The translations under genes were made by a program, and so were the position numbers. The notes under the pieces were generated by a model. That model was not told where the DNA came from, did not search any database, and saw only the letters and a program-made list of their open reading frames with translations. From an uncultured Bdellovibrionales bacterium (GTDB lineage Bacteria; Patescibacteriota; Minisyncoccia; Moranbacterales; UBA1568): a DNA stretch of 64,000 nucleotides. Each line of letters begins with the position of its first letter. Position 1 is the first letter of the stretch. The stretch spans positions 72,389 through 136,388 of the forward strand of contig CAYLJX010000003.1 of assembly GCA_964384235.1 (NCBI GenBank), in the 5' to 3' direction. Of the stretch, positions 1-11,851 are shown piece after piece.

Positions 1-1068
1 ACCCGGCATCACCATCTCGGTGCCCTCCGGGAGTTCCACTTCGCCGGTCACGTCCGTGGTGCGGATGTAGAACTGCGGCTTGTAGCCCTTGAAGAACGGA
101 GTGTGGCGACCACCTTCTTCCTTGGAGAGAATATAGACCTCGCCTTCGAATTCGGTGTGCGGAGTGATGGAGCCCGGCTTGGCGAGTACCTGACCGCGCT
201 CGACGTCTTCCTTCTTGATACCGCGGATGAGGAGACCGGCGTTGTCACCAGCCTGACCACGGTCGAGCTGCTTGTTGAACATCTCGATACCGGTGACGAC
301 CGTCTTGGCCGTATCGCGGATACCGACGATTTCGACTTCTTCGTTGATGTTGACGACACCGCGCTCGATGCGACCGGTCACGACGGTACCGCGACCTTCG
401 ATCGAGAAGATGTCTTCGATCGGCATGAGGAAGTTCTTGTCGGTGTCACGGACCGGCTCGGGGATCTTTTCGTCGAGAGCCGCGATGAGGTCGAGGATCG
501 GCTTGGCCGCTTCCTCGTCGGCCGTCTTGGCCTCGAGGGCCTTGAGCGCGCTGCCGCGGATCACGGCGGCGTTGTCACCGTCGAATTCGTACTTGGAAAG
601 GAGTTCGCGGACTTCGGCCTCGACGAGCTCGACGAGTTCCGGGTCGTCCACCATGTCCACCTTGTTGAGGAAGACCACGATGTTCGGTACACCGACCTGG
701 CGGGCCAGGAGGATGTGTTCGCGGGTCTGCGGCATCGGGCCGTCGGTCGCGGACACCACGAGGATCGCACCGTCCATCTGGGCGGCACCGGTGATCATAT
801 TCTTGATATAGTCGGCGTGTCCGGGACAGTCGACGTGCGCGTAGTGGCGGGCGTCGGACTCGTACTCGCAGTGCGAGGTGGAAATGGTGATACCGCGCTC
901 GCGCTCCTCCGGAGCCTTGTCGATCTCATCCACGCCCTTCTCCTTGGCCAGACCCTTGAGGGACAGCACGTGGAGGATGGAGGCGGTGAGAGTGGTCTTG
1001 CCGTGGTCAACGTGGCCGATGGTGCCGACGTTCACGTGCGGCTTGGTTCGCTGAAATTGCTCTGCCAT
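1..1068 (-). CDS. tuf: Elongation factor Tu (3' end outside window)
   Basis: Manual translation from ATG at 1068: [26 protein letters not shown]...; absent from the ORF track because its stop lies outside the window. Confidence 0.98.
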   Translation of the reverse strand, partial: MAEQFQRTKPHVNVGTIGHVDHGKTTLTASILHVLSLKGLAKEKGVDEIDKAPEERERGITISTSHCEYESDARHYAHVDCPGHADYIKNMITGAAQMDGAILVVSATDGPMPQTREHILLARQVGVPNIVVFLNKVDMVDDPELVELVEAEVRELLSKYEFDGDNAAVIRGSALKALEAKTADEEAAKPILDLIAALDEKIPEPVRDTDKNFLMPIEDIFSIEGRGTVVTGRIERGVVNINEEVEIVGIRDTAKTVVTGIEMFNKQLDRGQAGDNAGLLIRGIKKEDVERGQVLAKPGSITPHTEFEGEVYILSKEEGGRHTPFFKGYKPQFYIRTTDVTGEVELPEGTEMVMPG

Positions 1069-1208
1069 ACCTTTTGGTGAGAGACGACCGACGCTAATGC
1101 GCCGGGTATCCACGCTCTCCTAAAAAAATTATTTAATTATGATTCTGGTTTTCCTTCCGGGACTTTTTAAGAGAATACGAAAAAAGCCCTGGAAAAAGCA
1201 TCAGTAGT

Positions 1209-1237
1209 ATCCTATCAGCGCGCGGAAATCCTGTCAA
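1209..1237 (-). promoter_or_regulatory. sigma70-type promoter for tuf
   Basis: TTGACA-17 nt-TAGGAT on minus strand. Confidence 0.6.
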
Positions 1238-1291
1238 GTGTCGGAAAAGAATCAGGAGTAGAGAATCAGGAATCAAGAATGAATCGCACAT

Positions 1292-1330
1292 AAAAACAGG
1301 AAACCCACCAAGTGCAGGAGGGTCTCCTGT
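1292..1330 (-). terminator. Intrinsic terminator after membrane-protein gene
   Basis: ACAGGAGACCC...GGGTTTCCTGT stem followed by T-run. Confidence 0.7.
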
Positions 1331-1336
1331 GGTGGG

Positions 1337-1894
1337 TCAAAGGATACTGAGCACGGCGATTCCTGCATTCAGGATCAGTGCCGCCCAAGGCACGACGGTG
1401 TTAGCAAAGTCGCGCTTGGACGCACCGTAGATTGCCATGAAGCACGTGCCGACGGTACAAAGCCAAAGCCAGAGAGTCTGCGGCTGAGGTGTGCTCCAGT
1501 AATCCACCATGAGCGGAACACATGAAACGTACATCGCCACGAGATAGGCGAAAATGGCGATTTGAGCACTCAGTGTGAGCCACAGAACTGTCGCTATCCC
1601 ACAGAGCACAAGTGATGCGGTCTCCGTCCATCCCCAATGCCACGGACTCTTGCTGAGCGCGATGGCGATAAGGATACAGATCGATGCCACCGCCCAACCA
1701 AGCTGGATATATGGTTTCTTGTTTCCGGCCTTATAAACGAGGGCCAGTCCCAGAAAGTCCAGCACGAAGATCATGAGCCACGTAGCGACGTTCTGCGGGA
1801 TATTCTCCCGATACACTGTCCAGGCGAAGTAGGTCGGCAGAAGAAAACCCAGCCACCCACTCGCAATTGCCGTTCTTTCGCGAATTTGGTTCAC
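1337..1894 (-). CDS. Multi-pass membrane protein (possibly PQ-loop-like) between fusA and tuf
   Basis: 185 aa, ~6 hydrophobic segments; GTG start with AGGGG SD; own promoter and terminator. Confidence 0.8.
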   Translation of the reverse strand: MNQIRERTAIASGWLGFLLPTYFAWTVYRENIPQNVATWLMIFVLDFLGLALVYKAGNKKPYIQLGWAVASICILIAIALSKSPWHWGWTETASLVLCGIATVLWLTLSAQIAIFAYLVAMYVSCVPLMVDYWSTPQPQTLWLWLCTVGTCFMAIYGASKRDFANTVVPWAALILNAGIAVLSIL

Positions 1895-1951
1895 GTCAGC
1901 CCCCTACAGGTTGTTGAAGATCAGATCACAACAGGATTATTGTGACTACAG

Positions 1952-1980
1952 ATAATAGCATAAATCAAAGAAAAAGTCAA
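1952..1980 (-). promoter_or_regulatory. sigma70-type promoter
   Basis: TTGACT-17-TATTAT. Confidence 0.65.
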
Positions 1981-2004
1981 AACCAGCCGTTTCCGGCTGG
2001 TTTT
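1980..2004. terminator. Terminator after fusA
   Basis: AAACCAGCCG-tttc-CGGCTGGTTTT hairpin. Confidence 0.75.
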
Positions 2005-2041
2005 ATACATGATACACAATACGAGATACAAGATACCGGTG

Positions 2042-4135
<2,094 letters not shown>

Positions 4136-4268
4136 ATTTTTTACTGTTGAAAATTTAATCCGTTAACGAGTTCGCGCGTTAACGCGTTACCGAAAAAGCA
4201 AACAGGTTGCTCCCCTAAGAAAAACAACCCGTTAACACGTTAACCCGTTAACATGCTTGTAAATTCTT

Positions 4269-4736
4269 TTAGGCAAAATGCGCGAAAGCCTTGTTGGCTT
4301 CGGCCATGCGGTGAGTTTCCTCGCGCTTCTTCATGGCGGTACCGATCTTGTTGGAGGCATCGATCAGTTCGTCGGCGAGCTTCTCGGCCATCGGCTTGCC
4401 CTTGCGCTTGCGGCAGGCGTCGCGGATCCATCGCATGGCGAGCACCTGGCGGCGCTCACCGGAGACCGGGACCGGCACCTGGTAGTTGGCACCACCGACG
4501 CGGCGGGACTTGAGCTGGAGGAGAGGCGAAACGTTCTTGATGGCCTGTTCGAAAGTATTGAGGCCGCCCTTCTTGGTGCGCTCGTGGATGATCTCGAAAG
4601 AGTCATGGATGATCTTTTCGGCGACGCTCTTCTTGCCGTTCCACATGATCATCCCGACGAAATGCCCGACCAACGGATTGCCATAGACGGCATCCGGTTT
4701 CCATTCACGCTGATAATTCCGCTTTCTTCGTGGCAT
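4269..4736 (-). CDS. rpsG: 30S ribosomal protein S7
   Basis: SRRVGGANYQVP, HRMAEANKAFAHF. Confidence 0.99.
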   Translation of the reverse strand: MPRRKRNYQREWKPDAVYGNPLVGHFVGMIMWNGKKSVAEKIIHDSFEIIHERTKKGGLNTFEQAIKNVSPLLQLKSRRVGGANYQVPVPVSGERRQVLAMRWIRDACRKRKGKPMAEKLADELIDASNKIGTAMKKREETHRMAEANKAFAHFA

Positions 4737-4748
4737 AGTTCAAAATCC

Positions 4749-5165
4749 TTAATCCTTCTTCTTCTCCTTTTTCGCACCGTACTTGCTGCGGCTCTGCTTG
4801 CGCTGCACACCGGCAGCGTCGAAAATACCGCGGACGATGTGATAGCGCACACCCGGGAGGTCCTTCACGCGGCCGCCACGGATCATAACGATGGAGTGCT
4901 CCTGGAGGTTATGTCCCTCGCCAGGGATATACGCGGTTACTTCCATGCCGTTGGTGAGGCGCACGCGGGCGATCTTGCGGAGCGCGGAGTTCGGCTTCTT
5001 GGGAGTGGTGGTCGAGACCTTGAGGCAGACGCCGCGCTTGAACGGGCTGTCGTGGAAAGTGTTGCGGTTCTTGACCGTGTTGATGGAATAGAGCATGGCC
5101 GGCGACTTGGATTTCCTGGTGCCGGTCTTGCGGGGACGCTTGATGAGCTGGTTGATGGTAGCCAC
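4749..5165 (-). CDS. rpsL: 30S ribosomal protein S12
   Basis: [23 protein letters not shown]; start set to GTG at 5165 (MATINQL). Confidence 0.98.
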   Translation of the reverse strand: MATINQLIKRPRKTGTRKSKSPAMLYSINTVKNRNTFHDSPFKRGVCLKVSTTTPKKPNSALRKIARVRLTNGMEVTAYIPGEGHNLQEHSIVMIRGGRVKDLPGVRYHIVRGIFDAAGVQRKQSRSKYGAKKEKKKD

Positions 5166-5218
5166 AGTACGGGATGTAGACAGCAAAATTAAAAAGGCGT
5201 ACAGCCATTCGTAGAAGC

Positions 5219-5247
5219 AGTGTATCGCAAGAGAAAAAGGCTGTCAA
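5219..5247 (-). promoter_or_regulatory. Promoter of rpsL-rpsG-fusA
   Basis: TTGACA-17-TACACT. Confidence 0.7.
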
Positions 5248-5256
5248 GCGCCTCTC

Positions 5257-5979
5257 CTAGAGCGTGAAGCGCAGGAAGAGACTCAAGACGAAGTTGATGA
5301 ACGAACTTATCGGGCCGGAGAAGAAGAAAATGATGAAGATAAGGAAGAAGAGGCCGTACTGTTCCAGGAGAAACATCGTCTCCTGACGTATGGGAACCAG
5401 GGCGAAAAGGAGCTTGGAACCGTCGAGTGGCGGCACGGGAAGGACGTTGAAACAGGCGAGAATGACGTTCCAGAAAATGATGAGAAGCAGAAGCCCGAAG
5501 AAGATCCCCGAGAGCGATCCGGAAATGGCCTCCGCCAAAAGATTGAAACGATCCAAAAACTCACCGTGTCCGCCGATCACGCCGATGAAACGGTTGAGAA
5601 TATCGGTTTTTGCCAAAAGCGTGAGCGGGAGCATCTTGGCCAAGAGCGCCGCGATGAACGCCAGGATGATATTGGAGAGCGGTCCGGCGAGCGCCACAAA
5701 AGTCGGTCCCCACTTCTGGTTGCGCAGATTGTACGGGTTGTACGGCACCGGCTTGGCCCAGCCGAAGGCGAACCCGGTCGTCACGAAGAGAAGCACCGGC
5801 AGAATGACCGACCCGAAGGGGTCGATATGCTTCATCGGATTGAGATTGAGACGGCCGGCGTACTTGGCCGTCAGATCGCCGAGCCACAGCGCCACCACGC
5901 CGTGAGACACTTCGTGGATGATGACGGAATAGATGAGCGTCAGGAGATAGAATCCGACGAGGACGAGTTCGTTGGTCAT
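5257..5979 (-). CDS. Site-2 protease family (M50) membrane metalloprotease
   Basis: HEVSH zinc motif, LNPMKHID, FNVLPVPPLDG. Confidence 0.95.
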   Translation of the reverse strand: MTNELVLVGFYLLTLIYSVIIHEVSHGVVALWLGDLTAKYAGRLNLNPMKHIDPFGSVILPVLLFVTTGFAFGWAKPVPYNPYNLRNQKWGPTFVALAGPLSNIILAFIAALLAKMLPLTLLAKTDILNRFIGVIGGHGEFLDRFNLLAEAISGSLSGIFFGLLLLIIFWNVILACFNVLPVPPLDGSKLLFALVPIRQETMFLLEQYGLFFLIFIIFFFSGPISSFINFVLSLFLRFTL

Positions 5980-6156
5980 ACCAGACAGGAATTAGGCGTT
6001 AGGAAGTAAGACTTCGGTAAGAGACAAAAGACGGAGTGCTATCGGACGGGGGTTGCCAAAAGCATCATAGCATGATACACTCTCCCTTGCTATCCGGAAT
6101 CGGATTTTTTCCTATTGCCTAATCCTCCTAATTCCTATTTCCTAACCTCCTAGCAT

Positions 6157-6333
6157 ATGAGCCGAACTTGCGATCTCACCGGCCGCGGCACCCGTACCGG
6201 CAACTCCCGCAGCCACTCCAACATCGCCTCGCGCCGCACCTTCAAGGTGAACGTGCAAACCAAGCGTCTCGGCGGCATGAAGGTCAAACTCTCGACCAAG
6301 GCGCTGCGCACTTTGGCCAAATCCGCGAAATAA
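6157..6333 (+). CDS. rpmB: 50S ribosomal protein L28
   Basis: Manual translation MSRTCDLTGRGTRTGNSRSHSNIASRRTFKVNVQ...(58 aa); below ORF-track cutoff; TTGCCA-17-TACACT promoter at 6053-6081. Confidence 0.95.
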   Translation: MSRTCDLTGRGTRTGNSRSHSNIASRRTFKVNVQTKRLGGMKVKLSTKALRTLAKSAK

Positions 6334-6335
6334 CT

Positions 6336-6363
6336 AAAAACCGCTCCCTCGGGAGCGGTTTTT
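6336..6363. terminator. Bidirectional terminator between rpmB and tRNA
   Basis: AAAAACCGCTCCC-tc-GGGAGCGGTTTTT. Confidence 0.85.
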
Positions 6364-6372
6364 AGATTCCTG

Positions 6373-6443
6373 TCGGGGTGCCGGGAATTGAACCCGGTCT
6401 ACATCCACCCCATGGACGCGTACTGCCGGTATACTACACCCCG
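6373..6443 (-). tRNA. tRNA-Pro(GGG)
   Basis: Cloverleaf: acceptor CGGGGTG/CACCCCG, anticodon stem CGTCC/GGATG with loop ATGGGGT, T-arm CCGGG-TTCAATT-CCCGG; CCA not encoded. Confidence 0.93.
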
Positions 6444-6542
6444 ATATATTTCGAAAGCAGTTTTTAGCCTAGCAATTTTTTTGAGAAATGTAAAAGGGCA
6501 AGACTTGTGGCCTTGCCCTCACTATCGCGAGCTTTGCCCGCG

Positions 6543-6761
6543 CTACCCGTTCTGGGTGTCATCCGGCTCCACATGGTATTTGTACCCATGCTGACCAGGA
6601 AGCTTCATCCCCACGATATTCTTGTGATGTTCGAGGTCGTGGATACTCACCACTACCGGTTGAGATACTCCTCTGGGCGACTTCTTACGTCGACCAGGAG
6701 AATTGGCCAGATCTTCGTTATCCGGCCAGCCCAGACCACCTTCGCTGCTTCCGTCTTCCAT
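6543..6761 (-). CDS. Small hypothetical protein
   Basis: 72 aa, GGGGG SD-like upstream, followed by terminator GGGCAAG...CTTGCCCTTTT (~6492-6520). Confidence 0.45.
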   Translation of the reverse strand: MEDGSSEGGLGWPDNEDLANSPGRRKKSPRGVSQPVVVSIHDLEHHKNIVGMKLPGQHGYKYHVEPDDTQNG

Positions 6762-6781
6762 GATTGACTACCCCCGAAAGA

Positions 6782-6976
6782 TCACTTCTTGGAACGGAAC
6801 TGCCCTTTCTTTGCTGCCTTGGAAAGCTCTTCTTGCGCCGTACGAGCACACCCACGCCGCCGGGCATTCGTACAACAATGTCCTTCGAAAACATGACTGC
6901 ATTGCGGGTCACTCTCGCAACCCCGCGGTTGCTGTTGGAAAAACGCTATCTTTGCCGATGTTTTGGAATCGGTCAT
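6782..6976 (-). CDS. Small Cys/His-rich hypothetical protein
   Basis: 64 aa with C-x5-C-x-H...H-C-C...C; AGGGGTG SD; promoter TTGACA-17-TAAGGT at 7126-7154. Confidence 0.45.
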   Translation of the reverse strand: MTDSKTSAKIAFFQQQPRGCESDPQCSHVFEGHCCTNARRRGCARTAQEELSKAAKKGQFRSKK

Positions 6977-7158
6977 TTTTTCACCCCTACTTTGTTAAAT
7001 CAACTAAACAAAAACCCCGGAAGCACATACCGGAGTTATCCTGAACATGCACCCGACTTGATTGTCGCGAGCCCCCTTGTAAGCTTTTAAGGCTTTTTTG
7101 AAGGATACTCTTGATGCACTTGCATACCTTACCTGATTTTTCTTGTTTTGTCAAGACA

Positions 7159-7190
7159 CAATAAAAAGGCTTTTTCAAGCCTTTTTATTG
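7159..7190. terminator. Terminator after ndk
   Basis: CAATAAAAAGGCT...AGCCTTTTTATTG inverted repeat. Confidence 0.7.
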
Positions 7191-7210
7191 GATTCCTTTG
7201 AAGTTTTTCT

Positions 7211-7816
7211 CTACTCGAGAATTCCGTCAAGATTGACATCGTACAGAATCTGCTCCTGCACCAGGCGGTATTTCACGATTTCCTTTTCATCGAACCAGAT
7301 GGCGATCTCGCGCTTTCCGTCATCGGTATTGTCGGAGCAATGGATGAGATTGCGGACGGCACGGTTGTCGAGACTGGTGAGTTCGTACGAATCGATGGTG
7401 AGGTCGCCGCGGATGGTGCCGACATCCGAGGTGGTCGGTTCGGTGCCGCCGACGAGTTTCTTGACGATGGCGACCGACTGGTTGCCCTCCACTACCATGG
7501 CGAGCACCGGTCCGGACGTGAAGTACTTCACGATCGTATCGATGATGCCCTTACCGTATTCCTTCGGTTCCTTCTCGACCGGCAGTCCGAGCGCCTTGCG
7601 ATCATCGATGATGCGCTGACCCTTGGTCTCGTACCACTCATCGGTCTTCTGGTAGTGCTCCCAGCACTGCTCGGCCGTCGGGACGAGGAATTTCACCGCC
7701 GAAACTTTCAGTCCCGTGCGCTCGATGCGACCGATGATCTCGCCCATAAGCGAACGCTGCACGCCGTCCGGCTTGATAATGACGAGGGTCTGCTCTTTTC
7801 GTGGATGTTCCGCCAT
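7211..7816 (-). CDS. ndk: Nucleoside diphosphate kinase
   Basis: EQTLVIIKPDGVQR, GTIRGD, RNLIHCSD. Confidence 0.97.
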   Translation of the reverse strand: MAEHPRKEQTLVIIKPDGVQRSLMGEIIGRIERTGLKVSAVKFLVPTAEQCWEHYQKTDEWYETKGQRIIDDRKALGLPVEKEPKEYGKGIIDTIVKYFTSGPVLAMVVEGNQSVAIVKKLVGGTEPTTSDVGTIRGDLTIDSYELTSLDNRAVRNLIHCSDNTDDGKREIAIWFDEKEIVKYRLVQEQILYDVNLDGILE

Positions 7817-7937
7817 AGCTGTATGTTACGATTACCTTCTAAAGAAAATATGTCACAGATATATCAAAAACGCAAGGGTTTTCGTTCCGAAGCATATCAG
7901 AACGAGTATACCTCCATTTTGTTTTTTTATCAAGACT

Positions 7938-8783
7938 TCACCGCACGAGCACGCAGCCTTGCAATTCCTCCGTGCAGCGGTACTCGATGTCACCGGACTG
8001 GTCGGTGCGCAGGATTCTGACCCCGTGTTTCTCCAACCGCTCGAGCACGTCCGGTGCCGGATGACCGTAACGGTTCTCCCCGACCGAGATGATCGCTTCT
8101 TTGGGCCGGACTAGGTCGAGAAACATATCGCTCGTCGAATACTTGGATCCGTGGTGTGCCGCCTTGAGCACGGTGACCGGCTGCTCATCTAGGAGGAACG
8201 TCTCTTCCTTTGGCAGATCCCCGGTCAGAAGAAAGCTCGTCTTTCCGAAAACGAATCGTGCGACGATGCTCCCCTCGTTCGTCTCTTTCATCTCTGTCGG
8301 CAGCGGCGAAAGCGGATACTCCACCATGAATTCCCCTCCTTCCGGAAGCGCGATCCTCGATCCCCTGAAGACGATGCTCCGGGAGACGTGTTTCTGCTCG
8401 AGCGCCTCGCGCCACAAGACGAAATCGTCCGTCTTGCTCTCCGCTCCGGTCTCCAGCACCGTCCCTATCCCGTACGTCCGGGCGAGCGCCGCAAGTCCCC
8501 CGATATGGTCGGCATCCGGATGCGTCGCGATCACCGCCTCGATCGAGCGGTCCCAGAACGGCACATGCCGGCCCAACCGGGAAAGGAGTTCTCTCCCCTC
8601 CCGGCCACCGTCGATGAGCACTTCGGTCGACCCTTGGCGGATGAGGATCGCATCGCCCTGACCCACGTCAAGAAAAACCACATGCGTCACGCCCCGATCG
8701 CGCCACACGGACCACACCAGAACACTCGCGACAAACAGTGCGAGCGCGATGAGAGAAATCCTAAACCAATGTTTCCTCTTCAT
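7938..8783 (-). CDS. ComEC-type metallo-beta-lactamase-fold protein
   Basis: FLDVGQGDA, THPDADHIGG, LTGD, HHGS, NRYGHP; start set to MKRKHW with N-terminal TM. Confidence 0.93.
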   Translation of the reverse strand: MKRKHWFRISLIALALFVASVLVWSVWRDRGVTHVVFLDVGQGDAILIRQGSTEVLIDGGREGRELLSRLGRHVPFWDRSIEAVIATHPDADHIGGLAALARTYGIGTVLETGAESKTDDFVLWREALEQKHVSRSIVFRGSRIALPEGGEFMVEYPLSPLPTEMKETNEGSIVARFVFGKTSFLLTGDLPKEETFLLDEQPVTVLKAAHHGSKYSTSDMFLDLVRPKEAIISVGENRYGHPAPDVLERLEKHGVRILRTDQSGDIEYRCTEELQGCVLVR

Positions 8784-10251
8784 AGAGTTTTCGTTTACGA
8801 AACGTTTCGAGCCGCCAGACGACAAACAGAAGTAACACATACCACGACACCACTGCCCACAGGCCGAATGATTCCGTCGTCACGGACGCTCCCGGCCACC
8901 CGGCTATCCGTTCCGCCATCCTCGTCATCGCCGTGAGCACTCCCCATGCCGGCGCCATGAGGAAGACATGCAAGACGTCCGGCAACATCCACGAGAGAAG
9001 CGCTCCCGCAAACGACAGTCCCATTGCCACAGGTACGAGAGGGAGGAACAGGGCGTTGGCCAGGAGCACGTACGGGGAAAACATATGAAAGGAAAACAGG
9101 ATGACCGGCAGAACGAAGAGCTCGACGACCGCCGTCAGGTACGCGATTTCCACGAATCCTTTCCCGGGAAAATCTTTCGGAAAGACGAGTGGTTGCCACG
9201 ATGCCGCGAAAATGATCGCGAGCGTCGCGAGAAAAGAAAGCTGGAAACCGACGTCATAGCGAAGGAGAAGCGGATTGAAAAGAAGCATCATCACCAAGAC
9301 CAGAAGAAGCGCCCGGGATGCTCCGGTCAATCGCCCGAATTGAAAGATCAGAAACGTCAGGAATGCCATGGTACCTGCCCGTACCGCCGAAGCCGGCGCT
9401 CCGATCATGAGGACGAAGAGTACGATACCGATCGCAGCGCAGAGGGTCGCATACCTTCGCCACAGGCCGAGCGCAATGAGAAACCACAGGAGTCCCGACG
9501 CGATGAGCGCGATATTGTACCCGGACACCGCCACGACGTGCGTGAGACCGATCCGCGTGAACGCCTCCTGGAGCGAACGCGGTAGACGATCGTCCCCGCC
9601 GACCAAGAGACCCGCCGAGAGTCCTGCTTCCGGCTGCGAGAGATTCTCGGCGAGCATCCGCTCCAAAAGATGCTTGGGAGCGAAGAGTCCCTGCACGATC
9701 CGGGTACGAGCATCTCCCGGCAGGGACTGTGCCTCGCCTTTCTTGCACACGTATCCGATCCCATCCTTGGCCAGGAACATGCGGTAGTCGAAATCATCGG
9801 AAAAATTTTTCGGCAGTTCCAATGTACAGGAAAAACGATACCGATCCCCGGCCCGGATATCCTTGGCCCGGGACGCCTGCCAGAGGATTTTTTCCTCGGG
9901 ACAGAGTTCCGTCTCACAATGTTCTGCACGCAGGATGACCTCTTGATAGAAACTCTTCACCTCCGGATCGTTCACTACTCGGACCTCCCCGAAAACGGAC
10001 TTTGCCTGGAGATGCTCTTCGGCGAAACGTTCCCGTACATCGAGGCTCCGCCACGCGCCTGCCAGGAAACAAACGGAAACTATCAGTACGAACAGTCCCA
10101 CGGGACGGGAGAACGAGAGTGTCAGCGCCAAGGCAAACGCCGAAAAGACCAACGCGAAGACAAAAACATCAAACGCAAAAAAGGAGCCGTATCCGACTCC
10201 TCCCACGAAACCGATTCCTCCCCACCAGAACAGCCATTCTTTCGTCAGCAT
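8761..10251 (-). CDS. comEC: ComEC/Rec2 competence channel protein
   Basis: GLTHVVAVSGYN, ASAVRA, DVGFQLSFLAT motifs; multi-TM. Confidence 0.95.
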   Translation of the reverse strand: MLTKEWLFWWGGIGFVGGVGYGSFFAFDVFVFALVFSAFALALTLSFSRPVGLFVLIVSVCFLAGAWRSLDVRERFAEEHLQAKSVFGEVRVVNDPEVKSFYQEVILRAEHCETELCPEEKILWQASRAKDIRAGDRYRFSCTLELPKNFSDDFDYRMFLAKDGIGYVCKKGEAQSLPGDARTRIVQGLFAPKHLLERMLAENLSQPEAGLSAGLLVGGDDRLPRSLQEAFTRIGLTHVVAVSGYNIALIASGLLWFLIALGLWRRYATLCAAIGIVLFVLMIGAPASAVRAGTMAFLTFLIFQFGRLTGASRALLLVLVMMLLFNPLLLRYDVGFQLSFLATLAIIFAASWQPLVFPKDFPGKGFVEIAYLTAVVELFVLPVILFSFHMFSPYVLLANALFLPLVPVAMGLSFAGALLSWMLPDVLHVFLMAPAWGVLTAMTRMAERIAGWPGASVTTESFGLWAVVSWYVLLLFVVWRLETFRKRKLYEEETLV

Positions 10252-10260
10252 ATCCTTTCG

Positions 10261-10482
10261 TCAATCCGGAATCTCCACCTTTTTGTTTCTTCCTGTCTTT
10301 CCTGAAACTATCCTGACAAGGCTTTGCGCGACATCGAAGTGTTTTGCCAAAAGCTTCACCAATTGTTCGTTAGCCTTGCCATCCGTCGGTGCGGACGTGA
10401 GCCGGACGCGGTACTCCTGCTCCCCGATTTTTTCGATTGCATTTTTCGAGGAACGCGGAACGACTTTCACGGCAATGATCAT
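10261..10482 (-). CDS. DUF167 (YggU-like) protein
   Basis: VKVVPRS, APTDGKANEQL, IVSGKTGRNK. Confidence 0.92.
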   Translation of the reverse strand: MIIAVKVVPRSSKNAIEKIGEQEYRVRLTSAPTDGKANEQLVKLLAKHFDVAQSLVRIVSGKTGRNKKVEIPD

Positions 10483-10487
10483 ATTCT

Positions 10488-10934
10488 TTACTCCAGCGTC
10501 TCGATGGCTTTCTTGAAACTCTTGATGCTGCCGAAGGACTTGTACACGCTTGCGAAGCGGATATAGGCCACCTCGTCGGCTTCTTTGAGTTTTTCCATGA
10601 CGAGGCTGCCGATCTCGCGGCTCGCGATTTCGCTCACACGCTTCTCGTGGAGCGCGTACTCGATCTCGCCCATGATCCGTTCGGTCTTTTCCTCGGCGTT
10701 GGGGCGTTTCACGAAGGCGCGCCGCAGTCCCGCCTCGATCTTGCCACGGTCATACTCTTCTTTGCGGCCGTCTTTCTTGACCACGAGCAAGTGGAAAATC
10801 TCCACTTCCTCATAGGTGGAGAAACGGGCCTGGCACTTCTCACACTCGCGGCGGCGGCGGATAGCCCGCCCCTCCTGTGTCTCGCGCGAGTCGACGACCT
10901 TGGTATCCTCGAAATTGCAGAAGGGACAGCGCAT
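10488..10934 (-). CDS. nrdR: Transcriptional repressor NrdR
   Basis: MRCPFC..DTKVVDSR..IRRRREC..C, ATP cone, VAYIRFASVY. Confidence 0.98.
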   Translation of the reverse strand: MRCPFCNFEDTKVVDSRETQEGRAIRRRRECEKCQARFSTYEEVEIFHLLVVKKDGRKEEYDRGKIEAGLRRAFVKRPNAEEKTERIMGEIEYALHEKRVSEIASREIGSLVMEKLKEADEVAYIRFASVYKSFGSIKSFKKAIETLE

Positions 10935-11092
10935 AGGAGCAGCTTTTTAGCTTTTAGCTTCAATAGCTTTTTAGAGCTTATCCATACTCTATATGACCGG
11001 CTGGTCTTGTCAAGAAAAGAAACCAAGCCGCCCAGCATTGCCGGACGGCTTGTCGATTGACCAAACGATCGAGTAGCTCCTAGAGAAATTCT

Positions 11093-11584
11093 TCAGACAG
11101 TCTCGGCTCGGGACGGATCCACGAGCTCGGACTCGTAACTGAAAGCTCTCTTGAGATCGAGAGCTGCCGGCTTGTCGAGGTAATTCCGGAAGCACTTTTC
11201 TTCCATCCGTTGTTCTTCAGATGAAGTACGCCTTCCGGTGAAATCGAACTTGTACAAATGATCGATAAGCCCCTTCGTCATCTCCCATTCTTCCGGAGGC
11301 AAATCGATGATGACCGAGATACACTGACAATATCCATGCCAGCCGTCATAGATGACGGAATAGACGTATACGCCGCCTCGGGTCACATCCCCTTCAGAAC
11401 AGAGACGATACACTTCGTACTCCATGGCTTCTCGTTCGAGATAACCCGATCGGCCACCATCCTTCTGGCGTACGGCGAGTTCCCGATACAGACGCCGCTT
11501 CCTCGACAGATGCCCCTTGAGAGACTGGAGAATCCGAGGGCCATCCCGCCCAGATTGAAGATACAACTTCACCACTTGCATCAC
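11093..11584 (-). CDS. Hypothetical protein
   Basis: 163 aa ORF with GGAAAGGGG SD and downstream hairpin (~11021-11052). Confidence 0.6.
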   Translation of the reverse strand: MMQVVKLYLQSGRDGPRILQSLKGHLSRKRRLYRELAVRQKDGGRSGYLEREAMEYEVYRLCSEGDVTRGGVYVYSVIYDGWHGYCQCISVIIDLPPEEWEMTKGLIDHLYKFDFTGRRTSSEEQRMEEKCFRNYLDKPAALDLKRAFSYESELVDPSRAETV

Positions 11585-11669
11585 ATGCCCCCTTTCCTGT
11601 TGTTAAGCCGTCCGAAAGCGGACAGCACACTCTAGCATACGACCGACAAACTTGTCTACAACAAAATAA

Positions 11670-11736
11670 CGGGTATTCGACCGCAGGGCAAGCCCTGCAC
11701 CCGAATCTCCCGCGGCAAGCCGCGGGGTATTGACCC
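11670..11736. repeat. REP-like tandem hairpins with GCAA loops
   Basis: GCAGG-GCAA-GCCCTGC and CCCGCG-GCAA-GCCGCGGG palindromes. Confidence 0.65.
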
Positions 11737-11738
11737 GA

Positions 11739-11803
11739 TTTTACCGTCACTCCGCTCGGAAACGAAAGTGAACTTTCGTTTCGCTCGCTACGTTTGGTAA
11801 TAA
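11739..11803. repeat. Dispersed palindromic repeat family C, copy 1
   Basis: Near-identical inverted copy at 25071-25135; partial copy at 45889-45936. Confidence 0.8.
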
Positions 11804-11851
11804 AATCCGCCACAAAGGCGGATCTATGAAAATCTGCGAGATTGAATGTGA

